Source of the DNA: Eledone cirrhosa
Taxonomy: Eukaryota
Length of the DNA: 64,000 bases
Reading direction: 5' to 3'
NCBI GenBank assembly: GCA_964016885.1
Contig: OZ024742.1
Location: forward strand, 122,512,001-122,576,000
The translations under genes were made by a program, and so were the position numbers. Below, piece by piece: positions 1 through 10,163 of the stretch. How positions within the stretch are numbered: position 1 is the first letter of the stretch; every line of letters starts with the position of its first letter. The notes below the pieces were generated by a model. It ran no database searches. It was not told where the DNA came from and saw nothing but the letters and a program-made list of their open reading frames with translations.

Positions 1-1184
1 CTTGTTATTCTTCCTCACTAAGAAAACTATGTCAGACATACTAGCTACGATAAAATGCTTGCACTGGATGGTTATGTTCCACATGGTCTTATAGTGTTCG
101 TTTTCAGCAACCATTTCCGGTTGGTGCTCATACCATTTCTCACTTCTGTTCATGTCATTCTTATGACAATGCTTCCAATGAACCCGTCTTGTACTCTTTC
201 TGCACAATCATCTTACATTCACTAATAATGTACTTTATTGATTCCCCTGTCCCACTACACAACTTACACAGTGGGAAATTTACTGACTTGTCAATAAGAA
301 CTTTATATAGATCGGTCTTACTGTGTGTTCCTAGGCTGCGAAAATAAGAGCTTCAGTTTCAAATTTTAAGTCACGTTTTCTAGCACATTCCCAGTTCTTA
401 TATTTGTCAACTGTCTCAGGCATTTCACGGCGTTATTCCGTTTTTCTTGTATAAATTCTTCCTTTTCTTTGAGCCATCACTGTTAGGACCTTTGTTTTTC
501 TTACTCCTGTCATCAGTCCTTCCTTTAAAAACTTTATATACTATACCAGATGATTTTCCTCAGAATTCACACATCTTTTACAATTAATGAGATCCCTCCC
601 TACTCTCTGTCACGATAGATACATGTCCACGTCACTTTCGGAAATAGAACCCCTTGTGGTGTTATCATTTTTCTGGTATTTCTATCAAGCTCCTTAAGTT
701 CATCATATCTCCACTCTATCACATCAGCTCCATAACTTAGCACTGCAACAGCCCATGTGTTGACAGTCAGTATTGTATTCCTACCACTTAACTTTGTCTT
801 TAACATCAATTCCAGTCTCCGTTTATATTCATTTGATAAGAGCTCTTTCATTTCCTTCTGTTTCATTTGGTCTGTTTCCAGGATGCCTAAGTGTTTATAT
901 GCGTTGTCGTCAATTTCATCCATAAGTCTGGTAATACAATTCCTTCCAGCCTGGTAATACAATTCCTTCCATCTTGTCTATTTTACCTCGCTTCAGTAGT
1001 ACCCCACATTTTCTATGCCAGATTCCATTCCTATGACCATACTGAATGTATGAACTGTCTGTAGAGGGGAACAATATGTTCATATGATTTCCCATAAAGT
1101 TTTAGGTCATCCATGTGGGTTTAACTTAAACTCATGTCATCCCCACTCGTATCCAGCATTTGATGCTCTCAAAACCAATGATGT
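1..1184 (-). mobile_element. Decayed R4/Dong-clade (RLE) non-LTR retrotransposon, 3' part (RT C-terminus to RLE region)
   Basis: ORF 600..962 reads YKHLGILE...LSGRNTILTVNTWAVAVLSY...LDRNTRKM, matching the thumb region of the R4 ORFs at 4943-6751 and 14963-16657. MDDLKLYG is readable near 1095-1115 and KWYEHQPE near 115-140. Many stops and frameshifts. Confidence 0.75.
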
Positions 1185-1466
1185 ATGTATTTTTATTTTA
1201 CTATCATTTTGTGATTATTTTAAAGCCTAGAAATGTGTTTCTCTTTTTCGTTTTGTTTTCCCTCTTGTCATAATGCATGATTCCGTCTCTAATTTACATC
1301 AAAATTTGCCTTCTCGCGATAAAAGTGTTTCTGCAAATATATTTAGACCGGTGACTGAGAAAAACTGTGATTCACAAGTACAACTTTTTTTCTCACATGG
1401 GAATCACCCTCACGAATTTATGATGTAGACTGGACATTATGAACACTAAGCCAAACGCCTTCGCAA

Positions 1467-1511
<45 letters not shown>

Positions 1512-1707
1512 ATTTTGCCCGCTGAATGCGCTGTAACATTATATATATATATATATATACATATACTAGAATTGTTGAGCAAGACATTACATTTCAATTT
1601 GTTACAGCGCATTCAGCGGGCAAAATTACGTTATGCATATGTGTAATTTTTAGTCAAAGGAAACTGGATTTACTCTTCGCATAGGAAGACGAGTATATAT
1701 ATATATA

Positions 1708-2025
1708 TTCTAGGTATGACTGCAAAAGTAACAGAAGTGGTGCCACGGTCAATTTATTTCGACTTTAAATAACAAATTACATGACTCCCTTTTAAAGAAA
1801 TCTCCTTTGAGTCTAATGCACGTTTTCACCCTTCTCTGCCAATGCTTCTATGCAATGCTGGAAGGATTCTTCCAGGATGCCCATCAGCTCCTTCCATATG
1901 GCTTTATTGATGGTCTCCATCCCTTCAAAACGGGTTCCATTGATGTCCCCTTCTGCGTGGGGAAAAGTACGGCCATGTTCTTCTCTGTCAGGTACTGCTG
2001 GTGGCTCAGAGAGTTTTGAGTCAGT
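1708..2025 (-). mobile_element. Mariner (Tc1/mariner) transposon 3' remnant with terminal inverted-repeat end
   Basis: Translation RFEGMETINKAIWKELMGILEESFQHCIEA resembles the mariner transposase C-terminus. The end CTGCAAAAGTAACAG... is shared with the copy at 27830-28194 and abuts (TA)n. Confidence 0.7.
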
Positions 2026-2100
2026 GACCATCCACATGCCCAAATCTTTCGCGGTCGCCAAAATGGAACAATATATAATACAAACAACAAAGGCAGACGC

Positions 2101-3900
2101 TTGTCTCCCTGACATTATCCTCTTTTGATGTTCACATCTCCCAATGTTTTTCTACATGATGTCAGCTCAAGCTTTCAATCATCCATACTGCTCACCAGGA
2201 AATATCTAATGTTAACTGCAATACAAAACATTCTACTATCCAACTATATAGATAGGCACCATGTCATAAGCCTAGCCAATGAAAGGTGCGTGTCTCCTTT
2301 TACAATCTTTAATGATCACCTTATCAATCAGTAATTGATCCTTAGCCCCCCTGCTTCTTCTCATACATCCTTTCTGCTCTTCTGTAGAGTTTCCTCGAGG
2401 TATTCATAAATTGTCTCGTCAATCTTACTTGTCATAAGCTTCTAGAAGGGGGAGTCAAGAGATAGTTCTAAAGTTGTCAAATGCATTTCCTTGCTCTAGT
2501 CCTTCAAACAAAATATCTTTCTTCCAAAGGTTAGCCATTTTGCAACCTCTCTTCTCCATTCAAGATCTTATTCCGTTGATCTGCAATTCTGCCATGAAGG
2601 GTCCCCAGATTGTTTAACTAGCTTCCTTGCACTCCGACTCTGCCGGGAGCTTTTTAATTTGGCATATTTCTATACTGGCTAGTTACCATATCACTTGTTA
2701 TCACCAATTCGTCCTATTGATTATCCTCAATGTCATTTTCGCTGTTCGTCAGTCACTCCAAACTTCTATTGTGTTACTTTCTTACACTACAGATATCACT
2801 CCAAACCTTTTTACTTTCATCTGCACCAGGGATAACATCATCATTCCTAACCATGCCATTTATCTCCCGATCGAATCTCTTCTGTTTTGTTGGAAACGAA
2901 CATTTTGTTTATACTTCGTGATCCGTTGTTCATACCTTTTAATCTTTGCAGCTTTGACAATTCCCTAGTGTTTCAGTCTTCAATTACCGTAGTAATCTGC
3001 ATTCTCCCGATATTGTACTTTCCTGTAAGTTGTTCAATATTTTCCCTATTTTCTTAATTCACCTTGTTTTTCCCTTTCCAGAATATGAATATAATTCCTA
3101 AGCATTTTGATGTCCCCTTCAATCCGATTTTTCCACTATGATTCCTTGATCTGCTTTTGTGTGGTCTGTTTCAGCCATGAACCTTTACCAATGTAAATAT
3201 TTGCAGCGCAATGAGATGTTTGTTTATGTCATGGTTCTAGTTGGCACCTTGTCAAGGATGTTGTTTAATTTATTAGTTATTTCTTTTAACTGGCATTCGT
3301 TTTCTTTATAAATCCATTTCTGATTACAGCCTCCTGATTTAGAGATCTTCAATATACCAGCAATCATCTGTCTCTCTTCCTCTGATATGTGCTTAAGTTC
3401 ATTAATGTTAATGTTCCCACCGCATCATTTACGATATTCAGCTCTGCCTCTTCCTGTTGGATTCCATCATTTTCCATACACTCATCTCTATTTGCATCTC
3501 CAACATCCTGATCTTCTATATCCTCCACACCCTCCTTTTCTTTATCATTTCAATCACCATCTGCGTTTCAATCACCATTTTGCGTATCGCTCTTGCCTGA
3601 TCGCAAATCCTCTGTTCAGTTGATTTAAAAAGCCCTATCTCCTGCAATACTCGTAACACCTTTTGTCTATATCCTTTAAATGGCACACCATTTCCTTTCA
3701 AATGCTTGCTTCTAAAACAGCAGTCAATAACAGCCTTGTTTACCTCCTTATTTCACCTCATTCTAGCAATGTCATGACGTTGATTGCGACTGCTCTAGTC
3801 AACCACAGGACGCCTGGCCCCATTCACATCTTCGTGTAAAGATGTTTTTTTTATTCATTTCACTCATTGAACGTAGTGGTTTAATGTTCCACCATGACCG
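2101..3900 (-). mobile_element. Decayed R4/Dong-clade element, 5' part (N-terminal region to RT motif 'NIKRG..QGD'); likely the same insertion as 1-1184
   Basis: 3516..3701 gives [33 protein letters not shown], a typical R4/Dong N-terminal motif. 2101-2170 reads ELTSCRKTLGDVNIKRG*CQGD, which is continued by LVLRASNAGY...MDDLKLYG left of 1184. Confidence 0.65.
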
Positions 3901-4262
3901 GAGTCTCTTTTCTTGGAGGCACCATATCTAGTGGACGACGTTAAGGGACCCTCAGAACTTAAAATTAAAATGTGTTGGTCGGCAGACCAGTATTTTATAC
4001 TCTGCAGCAACAGATTTTACTAATTTTTGAATGGCTGTTAAATCTTCTGAGTTACCCTGTCATTTGACGGGTTTTTTTTTCATCCAGCAAGGTGTCCAAA
4101 AATCAACCTCCTTACAAAGCAAACTTGGTTGGGTCACCAGTTTAATCAACGACGATTCGAACATGCACCACTATCGAAATGACGTTTCTTTAAAACATTT
4201 GTCTCACTTTGAAATAAATATTTCTTTAGCATCTTCTCAACAACGATACATCCAGTTATGAA

Positions 4263-4311
4263 ATAATTATTTCTACTTTTGGTACAAGGCGAGCAATTAC
4301 CCCAGGGCATT
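4263..4311 (-). mobile_element. SINE 3'-end fragment
   Basis: The reverse complement matches the 3' end (TGGGTAATTGCTGGCCTTGTG...AGTAGAAA.AATTAT) of the SINE copies at 59564 and 30420. Confidence 0.55.
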
Positions 4312-4322
4312 AACTTCAATGT

Positions 4323-4362
4323 TTATTATTATTATTATTATTATTATTATTGTTGTTGTTAT
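4323..4362. repeat. (TTA)n/(TTG)n microsatellite, left border of the retrotransposon cluster
   Basis: Direct reading; forms the 3' flank of the minus-strand R4 copy. Confidence 0.95.
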
Positions 4363-4766
4363 TCCTTGAATCTCAGTCATTGATGTTGGTTAACTGGAAA
4401 GTCCGTTGGATTGAATATCAAGCCACTACCTGCAGCCTCAGATATTCAGGACGTATCGGAGGGTTCTTGCTGTTCCAAGCAAGCATGCCTTTTGAAGCGT
4501 TCCAAAAAGCGTGAAGGGGCCGATTTTCTTTAACCATCCCTGGAAACCTTTGGAGATAGTCCCCAGTGCGCCTATGACAATCGGGATCACTTTGACTTCA
4601 TGGCAGTTCCAAATCCTTTTCACCTCCCACTTTAGGTCCTGGTATCGGTTAATTTTCTCCCTCTCCTTCTCTTGCACTCTCGTGTCGAACGGGCAGGCCA
4701 CATCCACAATCAGGCACGATCTTTTTTCTTTGTCCACAACCACCAGGTCAGGTCTATTGTGTTCCA
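4363..4766 (-). mobile_element. R4/Dong family A, heavily 5'-truncated copy (RLE domain plus 3' UTR)
   Basis: ORF 4438..4767 contains RPDLVVVD...IVDVACP...EK..RYQDL...PIVIGALG, a PD-(D/E)xK restriction-like endonuclease. It is highly similar to 13900-14303 and is flanked by (TAA)n on both sides. Confidence 0.92.

Positions 4767-4802
<36 letters not shown>
4767..4802. repeat. (ATT)12 microsatellite spacer
   Basis: Direct reading; lies between R4 family A (5' end) and R4 family B (3' end). Confidence 0.95.
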
Positions 4803-7787
4803 TGCATTTATCTTGCTTTATGTTTATACGAGTTATCACCAAGTCACAACCAGTGACCTCAAGAGACAACAAGGTCCGCCATGTTCAAGAAAGAACACAC
4901 ATATTCACACATGCATCCTTAGTGTTTAGACTTGTGATGTACTTATATTGACAGGATCTTCCTTAGTATATGGGCAGTTCCCATTAGTACTATCTTTTGT
5001 ATTTCTCCTATACGCGGGTTTCCTGGGATTTGCGATAAGTAGTCGTTAGACCCCTTAGGTATCATTCCCAGAGCGCCTACAACCACTGGTATTGTTTTAG
5101 TTCTCAATTTCCACATTTTTCCAATTTCTATCTCCAGGTCCTTATACTTGCTCAATTTTTCAAATGTTTTTATAGATACATTCTTGTCTATTGGAACAGA
5201 CATATCAATTAGCAGGCATACCCTCCTTTGAAAGTCCTTCAATATTATATCAGGTCTATTTGCATCTATTTTTCGGTCTGTTTGGATGCTAAAGTTCCAC
5301 AAGATTGAGATGTGATCTTTTTCAAGTATGGGAGGTGGTTGATGCTCCCACCAATTCTTTTGATGGGGCAGGTCAAAATGCTTACACATTATCCAATGTA
5401 TGTATTGTGCAGCTCTGTCATGCCTGTTTAGGTATTCGGTTGGAGCTATAGGACTGCACATTGAAATTATATGGTCAATGGTCTCTGGTTGTTTTTTGCA
5501 TACACGGCATAATGGGCTGCACCCATTTTTTATTATGTTGGCTTGGTCATTTTTTGTTGGCAGACACTGATCTTGTGCGGATATAATCAGTCCTTCAGTC
5601 TCCGATTTCAGTCCAGAGGATGCCAACCACTGATGGGTTAAAGTTTTGTCAACATCAGGATTGTTAGCTCGCTCTGGGTATTTTCCATACAGAGGCTTTT
5701 CTTGCCATTTCTTAGCCAGTTTCTGTAGCAGTTCTTTCTTTGCAGTTACTTTTACCTGCTTTGCTTTTTCTGTGTTTTCCATTTCAGCAGTAAATGGGAC
5801 TTCTGAAATTTGTAGTCCATTACTGTATCTTTGTGCATCTTTTGTAATGGAATATGATCTTTTGGTGCTTTCGTGTTTCAAAACGAGTTTGATCATCCAA
5901 TCATGTGATTCCCTTACATATGTGGATAATCCAATTGTTGCAGTTTTCAACGCAATGTCTAACTGGATTAACCCACGTCCTCCTTCTTTCCTAGGGAGAT
6001 ATATTCTATCTATGTCTGCCTTAGGGTGATGCATTCTGTGCATGGTTAAGAATTTTCGGATTTTTGTATCGAGCCTACGGATCTCTGTGCTTGACCAGTT
6101 GATGACATTGTAACTGTAGGTTACTACTGGTATGGCAAGCGTGTTTATGGCATCGATCCTATTCCTTGCATTCAATTCCGTTCTTAAGATTGCTCTGACT
6201 CTGCGGTAACATTCCTTCCTTATCCTTTCCCTCATTGTCGAGTGCTTGATTCCGTCTCCTTCACAAACACCTAGATATTTGTAAGTTTGTTCTTGATCAA
6301 GCTCTCTTATCACGTTCCCCCGATCAAGATTAATGTCTGAACTCTTCAGCAGCTTTCCTCTGGTGAACGTTGCTTTGGCGCATTTATCCAGTCCAAACTC
6401 CATTTTAATGTCATCACTGAACTGCTTCACAGTGGATAATAGCCCTTGCAATTGTTCATCATTTTTTGCGAATAGTTTCAGGTCATCCATGTAGAACAGG
6501 TGATTAATGGTTTTGTCATAGACTCTATATCCATGTTTTGTTTCATTGAGCATTTTACTTAATGGTACAAGTGCGATGCAGAATAAAAGCGGTGATAAAG
6601 AGTCACCCTGAAAAATTCCACAATTAATGTTAACTTCTCCAGCTTCCAGTGATTTTGTTTCACTATTCAAAAGGAGTGTCGTTCTCCATGTCCTCATACT
6701 GAATGACAAAAACCTCCTGACAACGGGGATATTTTGAAAATCTCTAAACATTTTTCAATCCAACTGTGTGGCAAACTATCAAATGCTTTTTTATAATCTA
6801 TCCAAGCAATCGATAGATTTTTGTGTCTATTATGACAATCTTCCAGTATCATTTTGTTAACCAGAAGCTGATCCTTACAGCCATATGAGCCTCGTTTACA
6901 CCCTTTCTGCTCAATGGGAAATAGGTCATTTGTTATCAGGTGGTCATATGTGTATTCAGTTAGGACTGATGTTAACATTTTATACATTGTGGTCAAGCAG
7001 GTTATCGGTCTGTAATTTTTGGGATTGTTTGTCTCATCATTCTTCGGTAGCAGGAATGTAATGCCGTTAACTAGCCATGATGGTATCTTTTCTGGCTCCT
7101 TAACAATTTCATTGTAAAGTTGGGCCAACAGCTCATGAGACTCTGTGAAGGCATTTATCCAAAAGTTTTGTATTTTGTCTTTTCCTGGGGATTTCCATTT
7201 GCTGGTTTTTCTTAGAGCCAAGCGCAGCTGTTCAACTGTTATATTTTCCCATGTTTGTTCTTCAAGGTGAGCTGTTTCTTTCATTTGTCTGTCTATCCAT
7301 GGGGCATGTATGTTATGAACTTTTTATTCGGCCCAGATCTTTTCCCAGAATTCTTGCACTTCCTCCTTGGGTGGTATTGATTTAGCAGTTATTGTTGACT
7401 TACCAATTTTTCTGTAGAAGTTTCTTTGGTTGTTTTTGAACATATTATTGTCCTTATAGAATCTAGATCGTTTTTCAAAGCGCCTTATACGAGCAGCTTT
7501 GGCCGACACTTTTTGCTTGATTGTTTCTATCAGCATGTCTATGTCACATGTTGATCTTATACTGTACTTTTTTTTCAATTTTCTAAGTTTAGTTTGTTTA
7601 ACATGTTCACCTACTTTATAGTTTGTTAAAATTTCTATGTCAGATCGGAGAAGGTTTATTTGGCGATTGATGTTATCTTGCCAAGTAGATTTCTTGTGGG
7701 AATTCCTTTGTTTTTTCATCTTCACTCCACATAAGTGAGTGGTGACTTTAGCCGATGCATAATAGAGATGATTTAAGTCAGTAATGT
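4803..7787 (-). mobile_element. R4/Dong family B, 5'-truncated, frameshifted RT + CCHC + RLE
   Basis: ORF pieces 7324-7725, 6694-7284 (KSPGKD, NYRPITCL, WIDYKKAFDS) and 4943-6751 (GIFQGDSLSP, FYMDDLK, CRVC..ET..HI..C...RHD, RPDI, PVVVGALG). The 3' UTR differs from family A. (TAA)n at both ends. Confidence 0.93.
4943..7725 (-). pseudogene. Disrupted single ORF of R4/Dong family B (RT-RLE polyprotein)
   Basis: Three consecutive ORFs in different frames reconstruct one RT-RLE protein. Confidence 0.88.
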
Positions 7788-7816
7788 TTATTATTATTAT
7801 TATTATTATTATTATT
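7788..7816. repeat. (TTA)~10 microsatellite spacer
   Basis: Direct reading; lies between the R4-B 5' end and the Tx1 copy 1 5' end. Confidence 0.95.
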
Positions 7817-8031
7817 GAATGCCATGGTTGACGGAGGCTCGGCTCTGTAAGGTATAGTAATTTTTAACCGTTAAAACAATTGTAAATTGTTTAAAACTTG
7901 AACCAAATTGTTGATAAAGACACCCTCCTCCTCGTGAGAGGGGTCTTTCTGTCCGTTATTTGGCCCTTCGGGGCTAAATAACCAGTTATTGGGGTTTTGT
8001 ACCCAACATTTCATTTTAAACAAAAAACAAC

Positions 8032-10128
8032 ATGGCTACGAAAAAGAAATTTCATACGTCACTCCCACTCATTCCGTCTTCTTCTTCCTCAATCATCACT
8101 ACAGCAGAGAGAAGATTGTCTCTCTCCCTCCCTTCTTTAAATGTGTCTCTCTCCCTCCCTTCTCTTTCGCAAGTGACGAAAGAAAAGAAAAGTCTCGTGC
8201 AAAGCGTGCAAGGTTTCTCCACGACGACGACGACAGCGACGAAACAGGTGTGCGGGAAATACGAAAACCCAGTTCATTCGTCTGACGTCAGGAATAATAG
8301 CAGTAGCAGCCGTAATAACAACAGCAACAGTGACAATGAAAACAACAGTAGCAGCCGCAACAGCATCACCAGCAGCATAAACAACAACAGCATTAGCAGC
8401 AGCAACACCAACAACAACTACAGCAACAGCGGCGGAGGCAGTAGTCGTAGTACCTGCAGCAACAACAAAAGTAGCAGCAGCTCTGACGACAACAACAACA
8501 GCAGAGAAAAACCAATCTCATTTGCAGGTATTGCGAAAAACTTGGAAACAATCCTCATAACAAATGAGGAATTAGAGGAAGCGAAGAAGATGGTGACAAA
8601 GAACGGACACCGAGCAATCTGCAAGGCAGCGGAAAATTTTTTCGAAACCCAAGAGCACTGTACGGTCACGTACCGTACAGTAAGTACAAAATCCCGTAGG
8701 GTGGAAAGAGCCACAGAGGCCCAAATACAAAAAGCCTTGGGGTCTGTGTGGCAGCGGAAAACGCACATCACCCGAGGCAAAAAATATGCCACCGTAGACG
8801 TACTTTTTGCCACACCCCAGGAGGCAAAGGCCCAATCAGTAGTGACCCTAAGGAGCGAGGAAATGGTGTTGGTGCCCTCCTACTGCGGGCAAAAAATTGT
8901 GAGGGTCAAACTGACCCACGTCCCCCCCGGAATGACCCCTTCTTGGCTGGCCGCGTCTGTCCTCGTCGGAATCGAGGACAAAACAACTGTACTACAAGTA
9001 CAGAAAAAAGTAAGAGAAGATTGGGTCGGCTCCTCCATTGAGATGCTAATCCAAACCAACCAGGAGTGCATCGAAGCTATCCCGGATGTGATAGACTTCG
9101 ATAACGGCACTCAACTGCCCATAAGTGTTGAGGGCAAACGCCCGAAATGCTTTCGCTGTGGATCGAAGACTCACCTCAGGGCCTTCTGCAACGAGAAGAC
9201 CCTGAGAAAGGAGAAAACCCCCCTCCTTCCGAATCCGGCTCCACGGCTACCAGCAACAGGACAAGCGGCAACCAGGAACGATAGGTCCGTGGCACCCATA
9301 CCCAAGCCACGGAAATCAAAGACAGCAGCAGCAGTGGAAATATTAACAACAACAACAGCAATACCAAATGCAGCTGCAACAGAGACTCCAGTGCAAACAT
9401 CACCAACAACAACAAGTGAAAGAGTGGAGCTGGTACCCCTCCCCGACATTACAGAATCAGACATGGAGTGTGAGGTGGGAGAGGGATGGCAAAAGGTCGC
9501 AAGAAGGCACAAACGCAGAAGCAGCGCATCGTCGCCTTTGAAAAGGGAGGAAAGAAATGAGAAAAGGGTAAAGTCTACTGCAAAGAGACCCACAGCAGCA
9601 ACACCACCAACACCATCACCACCCACACCAGCACCACCATCACCACCGGCGACAACCCCACCGCCAACAACACCTTCAACACCACCACCACAAGCACCAA
9701 CATCGCAAACACAACAACAAAACACACACACCCAGCAACAACGACAAGAAAATAGCAGAACCACACCCCACCCCCAGAAAAACAAATGCACGGCAATAAA
9801 CACACACAACAAGAAACTAATGACTTACATAATTGAACACACAGACATTTCACAACAGGACTACATAATACCAGCACCAATCAAAACGCCAACTAACATA
9901 AGACTGCTAAAAATAGCACAGAAACAATACACAAACATTAAAACGAAATTCCCCAACGCAGTTGGTGATTTCAGGGACCTAGGAGGAACCATCAATCGAA
10001 GAGTATATTCAGATATTCTCTTAGAAGAGCCGACGACCAGCCGAAGGGACGATTCAACGGTCCCTTCACCAGACGATCAAGTGAAAAGGGATGTAAAAAC
10101 CATCCCTCCTCTACCAAAAGTACGGTAA
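8032..10128 (+). CDS. Tx1 ORF1, gag-like nucleic-acid-binding protein (698 aa)
   Basis: CCHC knuckle CFRCGSKTHLRAFC, N/S-rich and P/T-rich low-complexity tracts, basic WQKVARRHKRR motif. Open with the same length in copy 3. Confidence 0.9.
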   Translation: MATKKKFHTSLPLIPSSSSSIITTAERRLSLSLPSLNVSLSLPSLSQVTKEKKSLVQSVQGFSTTTTTATKQVCGKYENPVHSSDVRNNSSSSRNNNSNSDNENNSSSRNSITSSINNNSISSSNTNNNYSNSGGGSSRSTCSNNKSSSSSDDNNNSREKPISFAGIAKNLETILITNEELEEAKKMVTKNGHRAICKAAENFFETQEHCTVTYRTVSTKSRRVERATEAQIQKALGSVWQRKTHITRGKKYATVDVLFATPQEAKAQSVVTLRSEEMVLVPSYCGQKIVRVKLTHVPPGMTPSWLAASVLVGIEDKTTVLQVQKKVREDWVGSSIEMLIQTNQECIEAIPDVIDFDNGTQLPISVEGKRPKCFRCGSKTHLRAFCNEKTLRKEKTPLLPNPAPRLPATGQAATRNDRSVAPIPKPRKSKTAAAVEILTTTTAIPNAAATETPVQTSPTTTSERVELVPLPDITESDMECEVGEGWQKVARRHKRRSSASSPLKREERNEKRVKSTAKRPTAATPPTPSPPTPAPPSPPATTPPPTTPSTPPPQAPTSQTQQQNTHTQQQRQENSRTTPHPQKNKCTAINTHNKKLMTYIIEHTDISQQDYIIPAPIKTPTNIRLLKIAQKQYTNIKTKFPNAVGDFRDLGGTINRRVYSDILLEEPTTSRRDDSTVPSPDDQVKRDVKTIPPLPKVR

Positions 10129-10163
10129 GTGGTCTTTCCCATCTTTTCCACTCTATTTTAAAC

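Noticed and set aside
3870-3965. Possible HDV-like ribozyme at the 5' end of the old R4 element
   Set aside because: GC-rich and correctly placed, but I could not build P1-P4 pairing; too decayed.
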